Source of the DNA: Promethearchaeota archaeon
Lineage (GTDB): Archaea; Asgardarchaeota; Lokiarchaeia; Sigyniarchaeales; SOKP01
Assembly (NCBI GenBank): GCA_018238625.1
Contig: JABCSY010000042.1
Coordinates: 1 to 34,105 of the forward strand
Direction: 5' to 3'
DNA length: 34,105 bases
Under the pieces are notes generated by a model that saw only the letters and a program-made list of their open reading frames with translations, was not told the DNA's origin and did no database searches. Both the position numbers and the translations under genes were made by a program. Shown here in pieces: positions 27,269 to 34,105 of this stretch (position 1 is its first letter; each line of letters starts with the position of its first letter).

Positions 27269-27703
27269 TTATTTATTTTTTTGATATAAAAAGAATAGGA
27301 TTGTATTAAGAACACCACCGACTACGGTACCATAAAATCCTAATTCGGGCCACCATTCATAAGCGCTATAAGTTAATCCAAAAGAGGCAAGTCCAATAAT
27401 AGCAAAAATCCAAGTTAAAATAGCTAAATACATGCCGTATTTGGTAACATCCAAAGGAATGAATTTATTAGGTAGCAATTCGTTTAAAGCAATGATTATT
27501 TGAATCACGAATAATATTAGAATTAAGTATTGAAGTATAAAATCAACAGGTGTACTATATTCACAATTCAAACACGAATATCTATAGCTATAACCACCTA
27601 AGAAGAAACTTGCGAAGGGACCTATTATTTCCGTAATTATTGCGATGATGCTAAGAACTAAAATCAATAACGAAAAAGGATCTATATTTCTTTCTTCTGA
27701 CAT
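27269..27703 (-). CDS. Hypothetical 4-TM membrane protein
   Basis: Four hydrophobic helices, CLNC in the first loop and WWPELGFY before TM4. Confidence 0.8.
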   Translation of the reverse strand: MSEERNIDPFSLLILVLSIIAIITEIIGPFASFFLGGYSYRYSCLNCEYSTPVDFILQYLILILFVIQIIIALNELLPNKFIPLDVTKYGMYLAILTWIFAIIGLASFGLTYSAYEWWPELGFYGTVVGGVLNTILFFLYQKNK

Positions 27704-27844
27704 TTCTTTTCACTCAACAAAATTTTATTTTAAATTTATTCTTAATTTATTTTAAATCTATTTATAATTATATTTTATTAAAAATAATTTCTATTTCAAA
27801 TAATTAACACCTAATAAATTAGTGCAAGTAAAGTAGATGTAAGA

Positions 27845-28966
27845 ATGGTTAATATTAAAGAACAATGGGCCTTCCATTCCAATGAACCGATTCTTGGGAT
27901 TGAAATAGGAGATGTCAATAATAACGGCCAAAATGAAATTATAGCATTCTCTAAATCTGGGAGACTTCTTATTATTTCACTAAGTGGTAAAAAATTAACC
28001 GAATTAGAAATTTCAGAGAATTCCTCTATTTGGCAAGCAAAAATATGCGATATTGATCGTGACAATAAAAACGAAGTTATTTTGGGGGGTTTAGATGGCT
28101 TATTAAGAGCGTTTAAATGTAGTCTCTCCTATGAATTAAAACCATTTTGGGCACACCAATTTGGTGCATCTATTAGCGGGTTCTTGTTTGAGGACATAAA
28201 CAATGATAACATAGAAGAACTTATCGCGTATTCGATAGATAAAAGTTTAAGAGTTTTAAACCCTATTAATGGGTCTTTAATATGGGGACAAATTTTTGAA
28301 GATGGTATAGGTGACGCTATAATTTATCGAGATTCTACTGACTTAAGAACAAAGCAAGTAATTGCATGTGGAAACGATGGATCACTCAGAGTTTTTAAGG
28401 GAAAAGATGGAGATTTAGTTTGGTTTAAACGATTTAAAGATAAAATTCGTTGCGTTTCGATTTTTAAATCAAAAAATAGAGAATTGGTTGTTTGTGGAGG
28501 GGATGATAAAAAACTTCACTTAATTGATAAACTTACTCAAGAAGATTTTAAATCAATTCAATTCGACGATTATGTCTGGAAATGCTTTTCATTTCTTCAT
28601 AACGACGAAAATTATTTATTAGTAAGTACTTATTCGTTTGAATACTTTGACGAGTCTTTTAAAATCGACGATATCGAATTCAGCTCAAAACTTACGTGTT
28701 TGAACCAAAAATTAGTAATTAAATGGGAGATTACACATATAAATACGGAATGTTTGATTCATACTAAAATAGGTTCGAATGGTTATATTGTTTTAGGAAC
28801 AACTAAGGGGAAATTGTTGATCATTGACGAAGTTTCTGGCAAAATTATTACTAAAATTCAAAAAAAATCGTGTTTAAACGACCTAAAATTCGATTTGAAT
28901 TCAAATATTTTAATTGCCTGTCACGATAACGGTTCAATATTCGCTTACTTTTTAGCGGAGTCTTAA
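27845..28966 (+). CDS. WD40/FG-GAP beta-propeller protein
   Basis: Repeats GDVNNNGQNEII, CDIDRDNKNEVILGGLDG and EDINNDNIEELI, plus ACGNDGSLRVF and CGGDDKKLHLI blades. Confidence 0.85.
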   Translation: MVNIKEQWAFHSNEPILGIEIGDVNNNGQNEIIAFSKSGRLLIISLSGKKLTELEISENSSIWQAKICDIDRDNKNEVILGGLDGLLRAFKCSLSYELKPFWAHQFGASISGFLFEDINNDNIEELIAYSIDKSLRVLNPINGSLIWGQIFEDGIGDAIIYRDSTDLRTKQVIACGNDGSLRVFKGKDGDLVWFKRFKDKIRCVSIFKSKNRELVVCGGDDKKLHLIDKLTQEDFKSIQFDDYVWKCFSFLHNDENYLLVSTYSFEYFDESFKIDDIEFSSKLTCLNQKLVIKWEITHINTECLIHTKIGSNGYIVLGTTKGKLLIIDEVSGKIITKIQKKSCLNDLKFDLNSNILIACHDNGSIFAYFLAES

Positions 28967-29004
28967 CTTTGATATTTGAATAAAATTTTTTTAAAGGAAT
29001 AACT

Positions 29005-29745
29005 ATGTGTCGTATGTTTTTTCAGTGTTCGCTTGAACCCTTTCAAATCGATTTTAAAATTTTAAAGAAATTTGTAACCTCGTGTCATTGGCATTATTTA
29101 AGGAAGTACAACCTTTTTGGGCACCATGGATTGGGTTGGGGCTTCGCTTATATCTCTGAAGATGACAACAAACTCGTAATAAAGCGAGATATAACTCAAA
29201 TTTACCACGCGGACTGGAAAAACCTCACTAAGATTAAAACTCGTTTCCTTTTAGTCCACGCGAGAAAAACCCTCCCTTGGAAAAAGACCTTTAGAGACGT
29301 ACATCCTATCGATATTGGTGAGAAATATATCATAACTCATAACGGAATTATAAAAGGCTTTCCAGATGAAAAATTAAAAAACCCAAAATTGGAAAGAATT
29401 TATAGTAATACTAACTTGGACACTCGAAAATATCTATGTGCTATTATTGACGAACTACAAGAAGGTAAAAGTTTAAAGAATTCCTTGGAATCACTTTTTA
29501 AAGAGATTGAGATAGGTGCTGGCGCGAACGCGTTTCTATTTAATTCGCACATCTGCAATGTCATCACGAATCATAAAACTAATTTTAACGGCAGGCACCA
29601 CACCTTATTTTTAAGTAAAAATCAAAAAGAAATCCTTGTAAGCACTACTCCCTTAACTGAGAACGCGAAAGAAATTCCTAACTACTCTTTAATTCAAATT
29701 GAATTAAAAAATCTAAACCTGAATGCGATGAAATTAGAATTTTAG
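29005..29745 (+). CDS. Class II glutamine amidotransferase (YafJ/EgtC/Dug3-like Ntn hydrolase)
   Basis: N-terminal nucleophile M-C-R-M, GWGFAY, HARK, HP and THNGII. Confidence 0.88.
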   Translation: MCRMFFQCSLEPFQIDFKILKKFVTSCHWHYLRKYNLFGHHGLGWGFAYISEDDNKLVIKRDITQIYHADWKNLTKIKTRFLLVHARKTLPWKKTFRDVHPIDIGEKYIITHNGIIKGFPDEKLKNPKLERIYSNTNLDTRKYLCAIIDELQEGKSLKNSLESLFKEIEIGAGANAFLFNSHICNVITNHKTNFNGRHHTLFLSKNQKEILVSTTPLTENAKEIPNYSLIQIELKNLNLNAMKLEF

Positions 29746-29800
29746 GTATAAATATATAATTTTAAATAAAAAAAAATAGAAAAGGTTAATTATATCCTTT

Positions 29801-30118
29801 CTACGCTCCCGATTCTTCTTCAGCCGCTAACTCCTCTTCCAATTCTTCGAGCGGAACTGGTGCTGGAGTTGTGAGCATCGAATATCCTATCCATATAGCA
29901 ATAACTGCTATTAATAATACCATAATCCAGAGTGGTAGAACAGTGAAAAATCTCCAATCGAGCCAATCGATACCAAATATTTGGAAGGTAATGTCCCAAT
30001 TTGGGTTTCCACCAAGAGTGCCAAACCATAAATCAATGACGCTTCCCATGGTATAGACTACTGCGATAAGGATACCAAGGAGCATAACGATTAGGCCAAT
30101 TATCTTATCTTTTGCCAT
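29801..30118 (-). CDS. Small 2-TM protein, DPM2-like
   Basis: MAKDKIIG-TM-YT...LP-TM-IGYSML, followed by a TTPAPVP and acidic tail; ATG 30118 is preceded by AAGGT. Confidence 0.65.
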   Translation of the reverse strand: MAKDKIIGLIVMLLGILIAVVYTMGSVIDLWFGTLGGNPNWDITFQIFGIDWLDWRFFTVLPLWIMVLLIAVIAIWIGYSMLTTPAPVPLEELEEELAAEEESGA

Positions 30119-30204
30119 TATCAATACCTTTGTTTGTATTAAGTTTTTAGTATATTTTTTCAAGCATATTTACATTGCTTAATATTATTTTTAAAATTAT
30201 ATTA

Positions 30205-30242
30205 AATTAAAACCATTCGTTAAGAATCACTTGGTTTTAATT
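30205..30242. repeat. Perfect 11-bp inverted repeat in a divergent promoter region
   Basis: aattaaaacca-N16-tggttttaatt. Confidence 0.6.
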
Positions 30243-30313
30243 GTGATGTTTCATAAATTGATAATATAAAGCGAAGAGAGTTCGAAAAATCGCGATTTTA
30301 AAGTGGTAAAATT

Positions 30314-31285
30314 ATGTTAAATAGCAACCAATATGTTCTAATTATTGGTTCGAGTAATATGGATTTAAACATATACTCGCAACGGTTACCGGAACTAGGT
30401 GAAACCGTAACTGGAGGTACATTTAAGCAATCCCTGGGAGGAAAAGGTGCGAATCAAGCGGTAGCTTCTGTGAGATCGGGGTCTAAAACTATTTTTATTG
30501 GTAAGGTCGGCATAGACTCGTACGGAGACCAAATGATTTCTCAGTTAAACAACGAAGGCGTGGACATAGAACATATTATAAGGGATCCTTACCAATCGAG
30601 CGGAGTCGCTTTTATAATGATAGATGAGGACGGAGAGAATATGATTAGTGTAGCGCCCGGGGCAAATTTCAATTTAACACCAGAAGACGTTCGAATAAAT
30701 TCCGAAGCCATTAAAAATGCTAACGCTTTGGTCGTTCAGATGGAAATTCCCATTGATTCAATTGAGGAAATTTTTAAAATAGCAGTTCAAGGGAAGGCTG
30801 TAAAAATTCTTAATCCTGCGCCTTTAAAACCAATTAGTTTATCAATTTTGAGAAATATTGATGTAATAGTCCCCAACGAGGGAGAATTACTACGTTTACA
30901 TTCGCTTTTAAATCTCAAAGAGTTAGTTGGCGAATCTAAAGGTAAAATTATTCAAGCTTCAAAAGATATTTCAAAATTAGGGGTTAAAACAATCGTAACT
31001 ACATTAGGCAGTCAAGGATGTATGATATATAACGCTGCAGAAGATAAAACTACTGAGATACCCGCTTTTAAGGTTAAACCCGTTGATACAGTAGGCGCTG
31101 GAGACTGTTTCAATGGAGTTTTAGCAAGTAAGCTAAATCAGGGGGATAATTTAATCACTTCGGTAAAGTACGCAACAGCAGCCGCCTCAATAGCAGTAAC
31201 AAGGAAAGGAGCGCAAGAATCAATGCCATTTATAGATGAAATTGAAGCACGCTTCAAAAAATATAAAGATATTTATACGAAATAG
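30314..31285 (+). CDS. rbsK: Ribokinase (PfkB family)
   Basis: GSSNMDL, GETV, GGKGANQAVA, QMEIP, NPAP, PNEGE and DTVGAGDCF. Confidence 0.95.
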   Translation: MLNSNQYVLIIGSSNMDLNIYSQRLPELGETVTGGTFKQSLGGKGANQAVASVRSGSKTIFIGKVGIDSYGDQMISQLNNEGVDIEHIIRDPYQSSGVAFIMIDEDGENMISVAPGANFNLTPEDVRINSEAIKNANALVVQMEIPIDSIEEIFKIAVQGKAVKILNPAPLKPISLSILRNIDVIVPNEGELLRLHSLLNLKELVGESKGKIIQASKDISKLGVKTIVTTLGSQGCMIYNAAEDKTTEIPAFKVKPVDTVGAGDCFNGVLASKLNQGDNLITSVKYATAAASIAVTRKGAQESMPFIDEIEARFKKYKDIYTK

Positions 31286-31305
31286 ACGATGTAGGTGTTA
31301 AAAAG

Positions 31306-31980
31306 ATGTTAGAAGAGATAATTCAACCTGAGAAAGGCACAAATCTTAGAAAAAATGGGCAAGAAGAACTAACAATTCTGATAGATTCAAATGCTCTAAA
31401 AAAAATATTTCTTATAAATGGGACCAATTTTTTCACTCAAAATTTAAATGCGTCTAATCTAGTTGTAAAACCAAACGATTGTTACATGGTAATTAATAAA
31501 GGAGATGAAGAAATTAATGTTGAATATAGTATCGATATTTCTAGTCATATAATAATTTATGAACCTTATATGTATGAATCGTCCAAAAAAGAGATATTTG
31601 ACCCTATTTGGTTTAGCAAGAAATATAATGTTCCAGAGGGATACATCGACACTTTAGCTAAGTGGTACAGTATTAAATTCACATACGCTGATTATAATTT
31701 AATATTTATTAAACCGAAGATAGGAATCTCCATCCAAACTCATAAATTTAGAAGCGAAACGTGGAAAGTATTGAAAGGTAAACCAATAATAATTAACGGG
31801 AATAAAGTACATTATTTTGTTGAAAATGGAACAGAATTCTTAAACGCAAAAATGACTTACCACTCCGTTATAAATCCAAATAGCAATCCTGAACAATTTG
31901 TTTTAATAGAAGAAAAATGGAGTGGTAAATTCGAAGAAGAAGATATAATTAGAGCGTTTAACCCCAATAATTATCATTAA
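31306..31980 (+). CDS. Cupin protein with a type II mannose-6-phosphate isomerase-like C-terminal domain
   Basis: ISIQTHKFRSETW...YHSVIN...EEEDIIR matches the ManC/PMI-II cupin pattern SLQxHxxRxEHW...H...EDDIxR. Confidence 0.65.
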   Translation: MLEEIIQPEKGTNLRKNGQEELTILIDSNALKKIFLINGTNFFTQNLNASNLVVKPNDCYMVINKGDEEINVEYSIDISSHIIIYEPYMYESSKKEIFDPIWFSKKYNVPEGYIDTLAKWYSIKFTYADYNLIFIKPKIGISIQTHKFRSETWKVLKGKPIIINGNKVHYFVENGTEFLNAKMTYHSVINPNSNPEQFVLIEEKWSGKFEEEDIIRAFNPNNYH

Positions 31981-32213
31981 AAATAATTCACGAAAGTGAG
32001 AATTTACAACTCGTTTGATCCGATAAAATATGAGATTTTGAGATGATATTGTTTTCCTTGGAGTTCACATTCCAACCTTTTAAATTTTGTGTTTTTAGTT
32101 CCTTTGTTTTAATAAAATTAAAATTTGATAGATAACTTCTATCATTACACGAAGTAATAAAAGTGTAAAAAAAAACATTATAAATTTAATGGAACAAGTA
32201 GATTGGTGGAAAA

Positions 32214-32759
32214 ATGGCTCCAAATGAAGAACAGAACGATGGAAAACAAGAAGAAACGAAAACAGAAGATGCTGCAAAAGAACCTTCTAAAGAACCTTCT
32301 AAAGAATCTGAAGAAGTAAAAGATACTAAAGAATTAGATCTTGCTAAAGAAAGAGATCGTCTTAAATTTCATTATAGAGGCCACACATTAGACCAATTAA
32401 AGAGAATGAATATGGACGAGTTTATTCTATTGCTACCGGCACGAGCGCGGAGATCATTAAAAAGAGGACTACCGCCTAGACAGAGAAAGCTCCTTGAAAG
32501 ATTAAGACGAGCATACAGAGCCAAAAAAAGAGGTAAAGATCTTCTTACGCGAACACATGTGAGAGACATGTTGATTTTTCCTGAGATGGTAGGTTTGAAA
32601 ATAGGCGTCTATAACGGAAAACAATATGAAATTGTTGATGTAAAACCTGAAATGATTGGACATTACTTAGGGGAGTTTTCACTCACTAGAAGGCGCGTTC
32701 AACATGGTTCTCCCGGAATTGGAGCCACACGTTCAAGTAAATATGTTCCTTTAAAGTAA
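32214..32759 (+). CDS. rps19: 30S ribosomal protein uS19 (archaeal S19P) with acidic N-terminal extension
   Basis: [34 protein letters not shown] and [14 protein letters not shown]. Confidence 0.98.
   Translation: MAPNEEQNDGKQEETKTEDAAKEPSKEPSKESEEVKDTKELDLAKERDRLKFHYRGHTLDQLKRMNMDEFILLLPARARRSLKRGLPPRQRKLLERLRRAYRAKKRGKDLLTRTHVRDMLIFPEMVGLKIGVYNGKQYEIVDVKPEMIGHYLGEFSLTRRRVQHGSPGIGATRSSKYVPLK
32277..32309 (+). repeat. In-frame 12-bp tandem repeat ([11 protein letters not shown])
   Basis: aaagaaccttct x2 followed by aaagaatct. Confidence 0.85.
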
Positions 32760-32801
32760 TCAATATTATAATAATATAATAAATAATTGAGATGATAGAA
32801 A

Positions 32802-33281
32802 ATGCCTAATTGGGGTTATTCCTTTAGCGAAGAAAAATACGATGTAGATAGATTGGCTAAAGCTTCAGGGAGAGATTTACGGATAAAGCCGAAACCCTCA
32901 AGAGAAATTTGTGCCGTGATAAACGGCATGAAATTGGACCAAGCTAAAGGGTTTCTTGAAAAAGTTATTCAATTAAAACAATCAGTGCCTTTCAGAAGAC
33001 ATAAAAAAAAACAAGCTCATAGAAAAGATTTAAAACAATTTAATTGGTATGCCGGTAGATATCCCCAAAAAGCTGCCGCAAGAATCTATGAAATTCTCAC
33101 TTCCGTTGAATCTAACGCAGAGTACAAAGGCTTAGACATCGATCAATGCAGGATTATTCACGCTGCTACGCATAGGGGTCGAATCATAAAGCGTTACATT
33201 GAACGCGCTCACGGTCGATCAACCGCAAAATTTAGGCATTTGAGTCACGTAGAAATTGTAATTTACGAATTTCCAAGTTAA
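32802..33281 (+). CDS. rpl22: 50S ribosomal protein uL22 (archaeal L22P)
   Basis: REIC..I.GM, VPFRRH, AGRYPQKAA, ESNAEYKGLD, RAHGR and HVEIV. Confidence 0.98.
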   Translation: MPNWGYSFSEEKYDVDRLAKASGRDLRIKPKPSREICAVINGMKLDQAKGFLEKVIQLKQSVPFRRHKKKQAHRKDLKQFNWYAGRYPQKAAARIYEILTSVESNAEYKGLDIDQCRIIHAATHRGRIIKRYIERAHGRSTAKFRHLSHVEIVIYEFPS

Positions 33282-33322
33282 TGAAAAAAAAAAAATAAAT
33301 AAATAAATAAATATTAAAGATA

Positions 33323-34105
33323 ATGACACCATTGGCAAAGCATTTTATTGAAAGTGGAATCAAGTTGATGCAAATAAACGAATTCTTGCGTAAAGAGTTT
33401 GTTCGAGCTGGATTTGCGGGTATTGAAATGCAACAGACTCCACTCGGCGTAAGAATAACACTTAAAACCTCTCGCCCCGGTTTGGTAATTGGGAAAGGGG
33501 GAAAGCGTATTCAAGAGATTACGGACCAATTACAAGAAATTTTTGACTTAGAACTTCCGCAGATAGAGGTCGAAGAGGTTGCTAACCCCGATTTAAACGC
33601 CCAAATTATGGCTGAGAGGCTAGCATATAGTCTTGATAGAGGCCGGCATTATAGAAGAGCAGGCTATTATATATTACGCAAAATAATGGATTCTGGCGCA
33701 AGGGGCACAGAAATCATAGTTTCGGGTAAGGTCACGAGCCAACGTGCCAGAACAACCGTATTTCGCGCGGGTACGATGAAAAAGTCGGGTCAACCAGCTC
33801 AAGAAGGGGTGGATAAAGGAGTTGCACAGTGCGTCCAAAAAAGTGGCACTTTAGGTATCATAGTAAAAATTATGCAAGCGGACATAAGAATGGGAGACAC
33901 AGTTAAAGTTAATAACGAAGCACTGGCAAAAGCGCAAGCAAAAAAGGTAGCAGAATTAACCAAAACGAGAGCAGAGAAAGATTACGAAATCACCGTAGAG
34001 GAAGGAGAGCTCACCGAAGTAGAAAAAGAATTATTCGAAGAAGTAGAAGAAGAAGAAATATCTGAAATTTCGCTAAAGCCAGAAAAAGAAGACGAAGAAA
34101 AAGAT
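33323..34105 (+). CDS. rps3: 30S ribosomal protein uS3 (S3P), partial, runs off the right edge
   Basis: Read by hand because it is absent from the ORF track: MTPLAKHFIESG...RAGFAG...TPLGVRI...RPGLVIGKGGKRI...NAQIMAERLA...GARGTEIIVSGK, then a Glu-rich tail. Confidence 0.98.
   Translation, partial: MTPLAKHFIESGIKLMQINEFLRKEFVRAGFAGIEMQQTPLGVRITLKTSRPGLVIGKGGKRIQEITDQLQEIFDLELPQIEVEEVANPDLNAQIMAERLAYSLDRGRHYRRAGYYILRKIMDSGARGTEIIVSGKVTSQRARTTVFRAGTMKKSGQPAQEGVDKGVAQCVQKSGTLGIIVKIMQADIRMGDTVKVNNEALAKAQAKKVAELTKTRAEKDYEITVEEGELTEVEKELFEEVEEEEISEISLKPEKEDEEKD

Noticed and set aside
27094-27318. 75-aa N-terminal extension of the ferredoxin
   Set aside because: It translates AT-rich intergenic sequence and overlaps the neighbouring gene.
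33284-33312. A-run plus (AAAT)n between rpl22 and rps3
   Set aside because: A simple low-complexity spacer typical of this AT-rich genome.
1889-33529. Short antisense or overlapping ORFs in the track (1889, 5616, 8329, 9305, 15255, 17203, 19062, 19774, 20517, 21430, 24406, 25862, 26889, 27811, 29820, 29871, 32095, 32372, 33314)
   Set aside because: They are shadows of well-supported genes on the opposite strand or in another frame, with no motifs.
1-34105. CRISPR arrays, IS elements, integrases, tRNA/rRNA genes, defence systems
   Set aside because: No regularly spaced repeats, transposase or integrase motifs, or GC-rich stable RNA genes were seen by eye; short or intron-split RNAs could have been missed.

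Overview
AT-rich archaeal chromosomal DNA, most consistent with an Asgard archaeon (Lokiarchaeia-like). This is inferred from archaeal-type ribosomal proteins uS19/uL22/uS3, Trm1, MptE and several eukaryote-like proteins; no database search was run. From left to right it holds a 5'-broken UbiA-family prenyltransferase joined to an unrelated Pro-rich minus-strand ORF (probable chimeric junction near 205-230), a Dpp/Opp peptide ABC transporter operon with two unexplained embedded genes, DUF362, TlyA, a degenerate NusA paralog and two tandem HGSNAT/DUF1624 acyltransferases. These are followed by an RNase H-fold protein, two truncated RadA/RadB paralogs, class I FBPase, Trm1, RlmE, a TFEbeta/RPC34-like Fe-S transcription factor with an extra Zn finger, MptE, GcvH, an OSTC/DC2-like protein, two M20 peptidases, a C4HC3 finger fusion and a ferredoxin. 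The right end has a claudin-like 4TM protein, an FG-GAP/BBS2-like propeller, a class II GATase, a DPM2-like protein, ribokinase, a PMI-type cupin and the start of a split ribosomal cluster (rps19-rpl22-rps3). The best candidates for novelty are an unannotated three-hairpin structured RNA at about 26686-26797, eukaryotic ER-glycosylation accessory homologs (DPM2-like, OSTC-like), the Zn-finger-TFEbeta fusion and the augmented peptide ABC system. No CRISPR array, tRNA, rRNA or transposase was seen.
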